Shown piece after piece: positions 11,801-19,837 of a DNA stretch of 61,249 nt. Location: contig JAYVRF010000139.1 of the NCBI GenBank assembly GCA_043756925.1, positions 1 through 61,249 on the forward strand, in the 5' to 3' direction. Both the position numbers and the translations under genes were made by a program. A model generated the notes under the pieces. The model was not told the origin of the DNA. It did no database searches and saw nothing but the letters and a program-made list of their open reading frames with translations. How positions within the stretch are numbered: position 1 is the first letter of the stretch; each line of letters starts with the position of its first letter. Origin of the DNA: Arcicella sp. (GTDB lineage Bacteria > Bacteroidota > Bacteroidia > Cytophagales > Spirosomataceae).

Positions 11801-11989
11801 GGCTGAAACGCCGAAACCTAAAACCTTCAAGAAATCACGACGAACGGTATTTGTTCCATCAATGATTGATTCTCCTTTATCGTCCGCTGTTGGAGCGTCG
11901 CCAAATTCACGATGTGCGTGTTTGACAAACTCTGAACTGTTTGTTAATTCCTCAATCCCTCTCCAATATCGCTTTGTATTATTTTCCAT
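8855..11989 (-). CDS. actB: Alternative complex III subunit ActB (molybdopterin-oxidoreductase-like domain plus Fe-S domain)
   Basis: Tat motif VRRDFLK plus lipobox LAAC; CTGCAACVVSC, CQHCNNAPC, CIGTRYCANNCP and CSMC clusters. Confidence 0.95.
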   Translation of the reverse strand: MENNTKRYWRGIEELTNSSEFVKHAHREFGDAPTADDKGESIIDGTNTVRRDFLKVLGFGVSAVALAACEAPIKKAIPYLNKPLDVEPTIANWYASTFVDGGDYASILVKTREGRPIKLEGNKTSSVSKGALSARVQASVLSLYDNEKLKGATIGGKSADWNLVDKGIIAELSKIAARGGQIRIVSNTILSPTTKKVISEFIVKYPTTKLVTYDANSVSGLVQANGGILPSFDFSRAKTIVSIGADFLGSWISPAEFAGQWAKTRRVNSAEGGNKEMSRHYQFETIMSNTGANADYRGTYKPSQEGLVVTALYNAIASKTGGASIVSGAVKIAHLDKAAADLVATRGSSLVVSGSNDPAVQTVVVAINAMLGAYGSTINSGTPSNYRQGSDADMSMFINEVKAGQIGAVIFYNANPVYNHPRGAELGEALSKIGLTISTNDRADETGSLCKYNTPDSHYLESWNDAEPKTGYFSFSQPTISTIFKTRQTQSSLLKWAGMNADYTTYLENAWVSILGGSTAWSKALHDGVYEPGAGATFNVPQTGLAEAVISITKNYKANTGDKMELAIYEKVTMGTGSQANNPFLQECPEPVSKSCWGNYATVSLATAKKLGLTQEIELDTLEVEVSVNGKSVKLPFIVQPGQANDTVAIAIGYGRTKAGKSANGVGVNAYPMASVINGNIAFSNTGDVKVTATGETAKIARTQTHNTVMARESVVQETVLSAYKKNVEAGRFKPSVLTSEGKKEISALNGNKQEISEKEVSLWNGHKYNNHAWGMVIDLNTCTGCAACVVSCNAENNIAVVGRQEVINRREMHWMRIDRYYSSDADVEDAKGLEYASENPEVVFQPMLCQHCNNAPCETVCPVLATTHSTEGLNQMTYNRCIGTRYCANNCPYKVRRFNWFRYYQTDEYDFQFNNDLGRMVINPDVTVRSRGVMEKCSMCIQRIQAGKLEAKKERRRPIDGEIQVACAQSCPTDAITFGDMNDSTTVISKLLDSERKGRAFGVIEEINVKPSISYLVKIRNKDEKVVKEEGIEPAHTKEANHS

Positions 11990-12057
11990 ATTTGTAATAT
12001 GTGATTAGCTTTTTGAATTTCGTCAACCAACTTTTTTTAATGTCTTGATTCAAACTT

Positions 12058-12090
12058 AACGCAGGTAGCGTTTTAAACGCTACCTGCGTT
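12058..12090. terminator. Perfect 16-bp-stem hairpin between actA and actB
   Basis: AACGCAGGTAGCGTTT-T-AAACGCTACCTGCGTT. Confidence 0.6.
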
Positions 12091-12106
12091 TGATTTTAAA
12101 TGTTTC

Positions 12107-13345
12107 TTAATAATGGCATTTTGAACATTCCAAACCACCAATATCTTGTACTTTCAGTGGTTCTTTGGTTTCACTATTATGTAAATCCACTAATTTATCG
12201 TAGTAGGCATTTCCTTTTGAGTTCACGTTTGTCTTTCTGTGACAATCAATACACCATCCCATTGTTAAAGATGAACGCTGTTGAACCACTTCCATTTTAG
12301 CAATTTCTCCGTGGCAATTAGTACATTCTAAACCCCCAACATTCGTGTGTTGAGCGTGATTAAAATACGCCAAATCAGGAATATTGTGTACACGAACCCA
12401 TTGAATCGGCTCGTCTTTTTCAAGAGAACGATAAATTTTTTGAATTTCAGGAGACTCACGTTTAATGGCGTTATGGCAATTCATACAAATATTCGCAGAA
12501 GGAATATTTGCTCCTTTTCCTTTGTAAACACCCGTATGACAATAATTACAATTAATTTCGTATTGACCAGCGTGAAGTTTGTGTGAGAAGGCAATTGGTT
12601 GTTCAGGAGCGTATCCTTTATGAATACCGATTCCATAAGCCGAATCAATCGTTACTTTTCCGATTAATAAAGTAATCAACAAAGCCGCCCCCGTTTTGAA
12701 AGCACTATTGGTTGTTAATTTCTTAGCGTTTTCAGCAATTCTTTGTAATAATGGAATTCCTTGTGCTTCTGGCGAATCAGGTGTAATCGTTGATAATTTA
12801 GTAAGACTTGTAACAATTGACAATAAAGCAACTAATACTAAAACCATAACCGCCAACAAAGCAATCATAATATATTCCATCATTCCACCGTTTGAAGCAC
12901 CAGCGGCAGGAACACCTGCGACTGCTCCAACAACACCAGCAACTGGAGCCGCAACAGCAACGGCTTGTGCATCAATATAAGCAATAACACTCGTGATTTG
13001 TGCCGCTGAATAGCCTGGATAGGCAGTCATCTGTGCCTTATTGTACTTGTTGTACAAATCAACAGCATATTTGTCACCAGAAGCGATAACAGCGGCTGGG
13101 TTCTTTACCCAAGGAATAATCCATTCAATTGATCTTCTTTGAAGAATACCTTTCAAGCCAGGACCAACTACAACTTCGTCAGTAACTGCGTGACAGGTTG
13201 AGCAGTTGTTTTTGTAAATTTGTTCACCCTCAGCAAGGTCTTGTGCGTTCACATTTGCAAACGAAGCGAAGAAACCTAAGATTGCTATTAAAGAAACATT
13301 TTTCAAGCGTTTCATGATTGTCATAATCGTTTTATTACAGAACAT
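12107..13345 (-). CDS. actA: Alternative complex III multiheme cytochrome c ActA (6 hemes; true start may be a few codons downstream)
   Basis: Six CxxCH motifs (CSTCH in an N-terminal monoheme domain; CNYCH, CMNCH, CTNCH, CIDCH, CSKCH); PEQPIAFSHKLHAG. Confidence 0.94.
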   Translation of the reverse strand: MFCNKTIMTIMKRLKNVSLIAILGFFASFANVNAQDLAEGEQIYKNNCSTCHAVTDEVVVGPGLKGILQRRSIEWIIPWVKNPAAVIASGDKYAVDLYNKYNKAQMTAYPGYSAAQITSVIAYIDAQAVAVAAPVAGVVGAVAGVPAAGASNGGMMEYIMIALLAVMVLVLVALLSIVTSLTKLSTITPDSPEAQGIPLLQRIAENAKKLTTNSAFKTGAALLITLLIGKVTIDSAYGIGIHKGYAPEQPIAFSHKLHAGQYEINCNYCHTGVYKGKGANIPSANICMNCHNAIKRESPEIQKIYRSLEKDEPIQWVRVHNIPDLAYFNHAQHTNVGGLECTNCHGEIAKMEVVQQRSSLTMGWCIDCHRKTNVNSKGNAYYDKLVDLHNSETKEPLKVQDIGGLECSKCHY

Positions 13346-13460
13346 TTATATAAAATTACGCTAATTAAATTCAAAAATATGATAAGAGTTTTTTTAAATT
13401 TTTAACTGATGAAAAATAATATTTAGCTTTAAAATTCAATTTTTACCCTTTTTCGGGTTA

Positions 13461-13468
13461 CAAAAGTA
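13461..13468 (-). promoter_or_regulatory. Bacteroidota sigma-70 -7 element for the act/cox operon
   Basis: TACTTTTG (TAnnTTTG) on the minus strand ~115 bp upstream of actA. Confidence 0.5.
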
Positions 13469-13751
13469 CAATCGGAAAAATTATGAACCAATTAAATTTT
13501 TATAGATTTTGATTAAAATTTCCTTATAAATAAACTATTTAGAATTCTTCTAAATAATAAAAATAACAGTTTTTATTTTAAGCAGATTGAATTGTACAAT
13601 ATCAAGAAAGCAGATTAGAGGGGTGCAATTTCACAAAACTACAAAAGGAATGAATACGGATGTACAGTTTTGATGTAATGTTAGAAGGTTTTGTGTTCAG
13701 AAAATGTTTGCGGAAACTTTTGTTTTTTGATTTAAAATTTGAGCGTAAAAT

Positions 13752-13784
13752 AAAGAGAGCTTCGTCATGAACGAAGCTCTCTTT
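13752..13784 (-). terminator. Intrinsic terminator of the TonB-dependent receptor
   Basis: AAAGAGAGCTTCGT-N5-ACGAAGCTCTCTTT. Confidence 0.75.
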
Positions 13785-13808
13785 GAAAGTACAATATTTA
13801 CAAAAAAA

Positions 13809-16067
13809 TCAGAAAGAATAAGCCAAACTCACTCTCCCGAAAAACGGAGTTCCAGGCGTGAAATGTATTTCCTCCACGGTTTCAGCTTCATTTTGCAATC
13901 TACTTTCCGTATTGAATTGCGTTTCTTTCCATCGAACGTCAAAAAGATTTTGGATTGACAAACCTACGTTGTATTTTCCTTTGGTATAATTTAACTGTAA
14001 ATCATTCACAAAATATCCCTTTGCAATTACTGAGTTATCTTCATTGGCTGGTCGGTCGGCAATGTATCTGTATCGAATAGAACCACTGAAACCAGTCGGA
14101 CTTTGCAATGATAATCCGCCAACGGTTGTGAAGGTTGGTGCGAGTGGCAAATAATTATTTCCTGCTTCTTTATCAACGGTCCTTGGAGTGGCAGTGTTTA
14201 CGTCAATATCGGCATAAAGGGTTTTTGTTAATTGGTATCTCACCGAAACATCAATTCCGTATCTGCGAGAACGTCCGCTTGGTTCAACAACGCCTTCATC
14301 ACCCACGTAAACAAATTCTTGTTCCGACCATAAATACCACAAAGAACTGTTAATCAGCAATTTATGAAACGGTTTGTAGATAAATCCCAAATCTGAACCA
14401 TAAGCGGCTGGTAAGATTTCCAATCCTCCTTGTGGAACTACTGCTCTGGTATCGTTTGAGTGAAAGCCTTTTCCAGTATTCAAATAAAGCTGAAATCTTG
14501 GATTAAAAGTATAATAAAAATTCAATTTAGGCGATAAAATTGTTGCCTCTCCCGTGCCAATATTTTCGTTTGGATTCAATAATAAATCTTCGTATTTGTT
14601 GTGAAAATAGTCAAATCTAAGTCCTGCATTTACGGTAAATTTATCCGAAACTTTAATTACTTCATCGGCATAAATGGCAAGATTTTTTTCGTTTATATTT
14701 CCCAATTTCAGCGGATTGATGGTAATTGTTCTATCTTTTGTTCTTGACAATTCCGTTCCGCCAGTAATATCTTGACGATATTGAACGCCAAAAGTGGTGC
14801 TAAATTCCTTATTTCCAATGAAAGAATTGATGGCATAACTTCCATTATATCCAAACAAATTACGACTTTCCTTCTGACGGATTTGGTCGCCATTGATGGA
14901 ATCTTCCTTAAAAAAAGTGAAATTTGAATACAATTCAAAATTATAATTACTGTAAAAAAGTTGGTTTTTAATGATATGATTTTGGGGCGTAATCGTTACT
15001 AATTGGGCATTAAAATTTGTTCTACTCGTTTCTCCGCCTTCGGTAGGGTCAATTGAACCGAAAAAACCTGTCAAGCCCGATTTAATAGCACGGTCGGGGA
15101 TTTGTCCTGAATGATTCCATTTACTCCAAAAAGTTGAGCCTGTTAAAGTCAAATTTGTATTATTGGTAAGATGTCCGTGAAATTTACCAACTACATTTAT
15201 TCGCTTGAAATTTTGTGGATTATCAAAATACGAATCACTAAAAGAATATTCCGAAGCTAAATAAGCCGATTGGTTTTTATCTTTCCCTTTCTGACCTAAT
15301 AAATCAAGTCCACCGACGGCACGATAGGTATTATATTGTCCGCCTTCAACTTTTAAAAACGAGTTTTCGATGGTATTTTTTGTACGAAAATCAGCCCATC
15401 CTGCCGTTGCAAAATTGCCTTTATCAGCATTATAAGTTCCTTTTTTGAAATCTACGCCTTGAATTAATTCTGGAATTACAAAGTGCAAATCAGCATATCC
15501 TTGTCCGTGGGCGTGTGAAACCATGTTTACTGGCATTCCATCAACGGTAAGACGAATATCAGTTCCGTGGTCAATATCAAAACCACGCAAGAAAATTTGT
15601 TCGGCTTTTCCTCCACCTGCGTGTTGTCCTATGAACAAGCCAGGCACTATTCTGAGGACCTCTTGGGAATTAGTAATGGGACGTAATTTAATATCTAAGC
15701 TACTGATAAGTTGTTGGTCGTGAGGACGTTGTGAAGGAACAACAATTTCGGATAATTCTATGGATTGATAACTCATTAACATTTTTACAAACGTATTTCT
15801 GTCGTTTTGAACAATTGCCGTAAAAATTTGGGATTTGAAACCGAGATGAGAAAATTCTACTTTATAAGGTGCTGCAACTAAATTATTGAAATAAAACTGA
15901 CCTAATTCATTGCTCAAAACGGCTTTGTTCAAACCTGTCAATTGTACGCTTACGCCTTGCAGAGGCAAATTTGTCTTTTCATCATAAATAGTTCCCGAAA
16001 TGCTTCCTAAATGAGCAAAAGCTTGGGTTGTAATGAAAAATAAGATTAGAGGTAAAAGTTTTTTCAT
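13809..16067 (-). CDS. TonB-dependent receptor with N-terminal carboxypeptidase-regulatory-like domain
   Basis: Signal peptide AFA|H; plug motifs GQHAGGGKAEQIFLRGFDIDHGTD and SHAHGQGYAD; beta-barrel; C-terminal Phe. Confidence 0.92.
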   Translation of the reverse strand: MKKLLPLILFFITTQAFAHLGSISGTIYDEKTNLPLQGVSVQLTGLNKAVLSNELGQFYFNNLVAAPYKVEFSHLGFKSQIFTAIVQNDRNTFVKMLMSYQSIELSEIVVPSQRPHDQQLISSLDIKLRPITNSQEVLRIVPGLFIGQHAGGGKAEQIFLRGFDIDHGTDIRLTVDGMPVNMVSHAHGQGYADLHFVIPELIQGVDFKKGTYNADKGNFATAGWADFRTKNTIENSFLKVEGGQYNTYRAVGGLDLLGQKGKDKNQSAYLASEYSFSDSYFDNPQNFKRINVVGKFHGHLTNNTNLTLTGSTFWSKWNHSGQIPDRAIKSGLTGFFGSIDPTEGGETSRTNFNAQLVTITPQNHIIKNQLFYSNYNFELYSNFTFFKEDSINGDQIRQKESRNLFGYNGSYAINSFIGNKEFSTTFGVQYRQDITGGTELSRTKDRTITINPLKLGNINEKNLAIYADEVIKVSDKFTVNAGLRFDYFHNKYEDLLLNPNENIGTGEATILSPKLNFYYTFNPRFQLYLNTGKGFHSNDTRAVVPQGGLEILPAAYGSDLGFIYKPFHKLLINSSLWYLWSEQEFVYVGDEGVVEPSGRSRRYGIDVSVRYQLTKTLYADIDVNTATPRTVDKEAGNNYLPLAPTFTTVGGLSLQSPTGFSGSIRYRYIADRPANEDNSVIAKGYFVNDLQLNYTKGKYNVGLSIQNLFDVRWKETQFNTESRLQNEAETVEEIHFTPGTPFFGRVSLAYSF

Positions 16068-16101
16068 TGTGTTTTTCTTTTATAATTGAAACATTATTTC
16101 A

Positions 16102-16159
16102 AAAAAAGACGTGCCACGGTTCTGGCTTTTACCCCCGCAAACCGTAACACGCCTTTTTT
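16102..16159 (-). terminator. Long terminator/attenuator-like hairpin upstream of the TonB receptor
   Basis: Minus-strand 20-bp stem AAAAAAGGCGTGTTACGGTT / AACCGTGGCACGTCTTTTTT with G-U pairs, ending in a U-run. Confidence 0.6.
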
Positions 16160-16222
16160 GTGTGTCTTTAAACTTATAATCTTACAACGCATGGACGAAT
16201 GCTATTCGTCCACACTTGCATA

Positions 16223-17521
16223 CTACTTCTTAGCCACAACAATTGGTTCATATTCATATTGTACATTCGCTAAACTTTTATCAATTTTACCCGCATCCAT
16301 CAATAGTTCTGGGTCTTTACTGCCCGTACTCATCGCTACTGAAATATATTCCTTTGCCTTTTTGAAATCGTTATTTTTGAACGCTACAACTGCCATTGCA
16401 TGGTTTACATCAATGTTTTTTGGGCGTTTTTTGTATTCAATTAAACCATGTTTCAAGGCTAAATCCATTTTGCCTGCTTTGGTATAAAGTTTACAAAGTT
16501 CCAAATCAACGGCGTGTCCAGATTTTGCATCTTCATCCAACATTAAAACAACTTCTTCATATTTAGCTAAGGATTTTTCATGATTTCCTTGCAGGTCATA
16601 AATATCAGCCATTTCTTCGTGGAATGAGAATTCAGGCATAATTTTCGCCGCTTTATCCAACATTTCCAAAGCCTTGTCATATTGTTTCTTCTCTTTCAAA
16701 ATTTTGGCTTGTCCGCCATATGCAAACGCATAACTTGGGCGAACCGCTAAAATATCATCGTATTGTTGTTGTGCTTTATCCAGTTCTCCCGTTGATTCAT
16801 ATAGATGTCCAAGGGTTTTCTTACTCCAACAAAAAGGCTCAGAACCTGGCATTCCAGCTTCTACAGCTAATTTCATCGCACTAATTGAACCTTTAAAATC
16901 TCCATAAATTTCACGTAGATAAGATGCTCTTGAGTATGATTCCAAGGATGGTTTCAAGGCTTGCATTTTATCTGACATCGCAATGGCTTGTTTGTAGTCA
17001 CCTAATTCTACGTTAGCATCTACCAACACACCATATACGTAAGCATTACTTGGATTGATTTTGAGAGCCGCTTCTGCCAAATCACGGGCTTCTGAAAACT
17101 GGTGTTGAGACATTTTTACGGACGATTTATAAGTTGTTGCTTCAAAATTATTGGGATTCAAATACAAAACTCCGTCTAAGATTTTTAATACCGCAGGATA
17201 ATAATAAGGATGTTCACCTGTAATTCTGGCTTCGGCTAAATAAATGGTTGCAATCTGCAAACGAACCTTAACGTCGTTTGGGTCTTTGGCAAGTTTTTTC
17301 TTTAATTCATCAACTTTTTCTCTTGTTTTTTGCCATTCTTGGGCTTTAGCTAAATCGCCAGTACGTTCAAAAAGAGCAGGGATTTCTAAGTTTGATGAAC
17401 CGTTTTGAGCAGTTGAATTTTCTGATTTTTGTGTTTTAGTACAGCTAAATTGAGCCACTAAAATCATCAAAATAAAAAGGTGTTTAATAGTTTGTTGTTG
17501 AAATGTAATGAATGCTTTCAT
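16223..17521 (-). CDS. Tetratricopeptide-repeat lipoprotein (DUF4331-associated)
   Basis: Lipobox AQFSC; multiple TPR-like helical repeats; YLAEARITGEH and YGVLVDANVELGDY. Confidence 0.88.
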   Translation of the reverse strand: MKAFITFQQQTIKHLFILMILVAQFSCTKTQKSENSTAQNGSSNLEIPALFERTGDLAKAQEWQKTREKVDELKKKLAKDPNDVKVRLQIATIYLAEARITGEHPYYYPAVLKILDGVLYLNPNNFEATTYKSSVKMSQHQFSEARDLAEAALKINPSNAYVYGVLVDANVELGDYKQAIAMSDKMQALKPSLESYSRASYLREIYGDFKGSISAMKLAVEAGMPGSEPFCWSKKTLGHLYESTGELDKAQQQYDDILAVRPSYAFAYGGQAKILKEKKQYDKALEMLDKAAKIMPEFSFHEEMADIYDLQGNHEKSLAKYEEVVLMLDEDAKSGHAVDLELCKLYTKAGKMDLALKHGLIEYKKRPKNIDVNHAMAVVAFKNNDFKKAKEYISVAMSTGSKDPELLMDAGKIDKSLANVQYEYEPIVVAKK

Positions 17522-17566
17522 GACGAATGATGGTTTAAATAATGTTGTATGTAATTGCCTTTCAAT

Positions 17567-17601
17567 TGATTAATATACGAGAGAAAGAAGTTCTTGGATT
17601 T
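17567..17601 (-). promoter_or_regulatory. Putative ECF sigma promoter upstream of the TPR gene
   Basis: Minus strand AAATCCA-N15-CGTATATTAATCA; identical boxes and spacing at 21703-21737. Confidence 0.7.
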
Positions 17602-17616
17602 GAAGGGAAGAAAAAA

Positions 17617-17688
17617 AACGATGCTTAATATTCGTTTTTCGATGTTCAGAAAACAAACATCGAAAAACGAATACCAAACATCGAAAAC
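17617..17688. repeat. Intergenic inverted array of short (~7-nt) repeats
   Basis: TTCGTTTTTCGATGTT / AACATCGAAAAACGAA; shares CATCGAAAAACGAA with 32384-32397. Confidence 0.65.
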
Positions 17689-19719
17689 TTAGTTACGAAT
17701 AATCTTCACCGTACTACGTTCAGTTGGAGAAACCGTTCTTAAAAAATAAGTACCTACTTCTTTACCCAATTTGAAAGTTGCTTTTTGAGTATTACCCGCT
17801 TCGTCAATTGATTGATGACCAATGATTTGACCTCTTGTATTGACTAAATCCATTTCAAGATTTTCGCCTTTTGCTCCACTAATTTCAACCGTAACATCAT
17901 CACCACTTACTGGATTTCCCAATACGTTTACTGATAATTTACCAGTTTCTGGTTCAGATGAAACACGCTCAGCCTTGTTGGTTGAATTTTGTTTTGCACC
18001 AGCAAATTCTCTTCCACGGAAACCTCTCCAAGGCGTTTGCTCGTAAGGGAACATTGCCTTTAAAGTTGTATCGTTTTTCGTAACACCCGCATTGAATCCT
18101 AATGTACTCATTAATCTTGGCGTAACTGGGCTTGCCGTTGTACCTGGAGTAAAATCGTCATACCATAGACCAATAGCGGCTAAAACAACACCACCAACTG
18201 CTTGCAATTCAATGGTTGTAACATCATCTTCTAAACGACGACCATTTGGGAAACCATCCATATTTGGAATCATTTGTAAAGCTGTTGAACCATTAAAACG
18301 TCCGTCAGTTAATCCTAAAACTGCTGCATAAACCAATCCTAACGAATTGAAATCTGCACTATTTCTTGGCGTTGCTGGAACTGCCATGTTCAAACGCAAC
18401 AAGTCACCCAGAGTTGGCAGAAAGTTGTTAATGAATGGTTTACCTGCTGCCAATGGGTTTCCACCTTTTCCCGTTGCCAATTGATATGGAGGTAAGTTTG
18501 GAACACCTGTATAGAAAATTGGCAAAATATCAACTGCACGTGGGCTGGTTGGGTTTGGTAATAAAATTTTTCCGAAAGCTGCCTCAGAAAGAGCAGTTCC
18601 ATTCAATGCTGCTGTTCCTTTCAAGTTAAATAAACCAGCTTTTCCATTACGGAAATCGAACGCACCCAATGATTTAGACTGAATTCTTAAAGCCGATAAA
18701 CCTGGAACTGCTCCTCCAAATTGTGAATCATCCATATATAAAGCCAATTCTGGATTCACAAAGTATGAAGCAAATTGCAAATCCTCGCTCGGATCCACTG
18801 CATTCCACTTATCTTTCAAACCAATTGGGATAATAGCCTCGTTAGTTAAAGGCATTCCCAAACGTGAAACTTGTACATAATTACCATCCATTCCAACATC
18901 TCCCTTTCTAAAAAAAGTTCTGATTTTCTGACGACTTGCCGAAGCATAAACCCCTATTACATAGTCAGCATCAAGAATATTACTGGCCATTGCCACGGTC
19001 TTGCGGTTTTTCTGTAAAGTAGAGACTGGAACTTCAATCACGATTGAATGACAGTTAAACTTAGCAACTGCATCTCTTCCACTGCTTGGGCGAACATTTC
19101 CTACATCGAAAATACCTCCCAAATCAACAAAGAAAGGATCATCAACTGGTCCACAGAAGATTTTTTCACCCGTTGAAGCCGTCATAATTGACTTTTTCGC
19201 TAATTCATCATAAGAGGCAGCACCCAAACCAACCGTTTTATTTTCGATTGAACGGGGTCCAATATTTGGAGGAGGTACCGTTCCGTTTGAAATAATTGTA
19301 GTGAAATTTTTTCCGCCATCCATGCTACGCTCGCAATTATAAGTTGTCTTCAAGTTTTCTTTTCCTAATCTAATCAAAAAGAAAGTTGAAGGATCTTCGT
19401 TCGTTTTCATAAATGTGAAACGATAAACGATGTCCGCACCAGGCGTTCCAGCGTTATTGTCCACGTGAACTTCGTAACGAACTCGCTCACCGAAAGAATA
19501 CCAGTTTGGACCTCCCGCAGGATGCTCAAAAGGAATATAATTGGCAATTAAAACAATGTTCTCTGGATTTGTTGGACTCTTGAAAGCATACACGTCGGTA
19601 TTATCTGCCAAAGGGTCATTTGAAATCAAAGGGGCTTCTCGATGTGAGGATGCCAAGGTTTGCGACGGGAACTGGCAAATTAAAGCCAGCAATCCTATCA
19701 TATATATTAGTTTTTTCAT
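17689..19719 (-). CDS. DUF4331 family protein with T9SS type A C-terminal sorting domain
   Basis: Signal peptide TLA|SSHREAP, DNTDVYAF, DDPFFVDL, QVSRLGMPL, DGFPNGRRLEDDV; CTD VLGNPV...GTYFLR...TVKIIRN. Confidence 0.9.
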   Translation of the reverse strand: MKKLIYMIGLLALICQFPSQTLASSHREAPLISNDPLADNTDVYAFKSPTNPENIVLIANYIPFEHPAGGPNWYSFGERVRYEVHVDNNAGTPGADIVYRFTFMKTNEDPSTFFLIRLGKENLKTTYNCERSMDGGKNFTTIISNGTVPPPNIGPRSIENKTVGLGAASYDELAKKSIMTASTGEKIFCGPVDDPFFVDLGGIFDVGNVRPSSGRDAVAKFNCHSIVIEVPVSTLQKNRKTVAMASNILDADYVIGVYASASRQKIRTFFRKGDVGMDGNYVQVSRLGMPLTNEAIIPIGLKDKWNAVDPSEDLQFASYFVNPELALYMDDSQFGGAVPGLSALRIQSKSLGAFDFRNGKAGLFNLKGTAALNGTALSEAAFGKILLPNPTSPRAVDILPIFYTGVPNLPPYQLATGKGGNPLAAGKPFINNFLPTLGDLLRLNMAVPATPRNSADFNSLGLVYAAVLGLTDGRFNGSTALQMIPNMDGFPNGRRLEDDVTTIELQAVGGVVLAAIGLWYDDFTPGTTASPVTPRLMSTLGFNAGVTKNDTTLKAMFPYEQTPWRGFRGREFAGAKQNSTNKAERVSSEPETGKLSVNVLGNPVSGDDVTVEISGAKGENLEMDLVNTRGQIIGHQSIDEAGNTQKATFKLGKEVGTYFLRTVSPTERSTVKIIRN

Positions 19720-19837
19720 TAGTATCTTTTTAATTTGAGAATTTGATGATTTGATGATTTGAGCAATGCTTAAAATGGCAAATACAAATTCATAAGATGA
19801 TATTTATTTTATAATGGAGAATTTTCAAGTTCTCAAA

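Noticed and set aside
13645-13680. Third copy of the ECF promoter upstream of actA
   Set aside because: Has CGTATT but no AAATCCA at the 15-bp spacing
16068-16222. Cobalamin or TPP riboswitch before the TonB receptor
   Set aside because: No B12-box or TPP consensus recognisable; kept only as a generic structured leader
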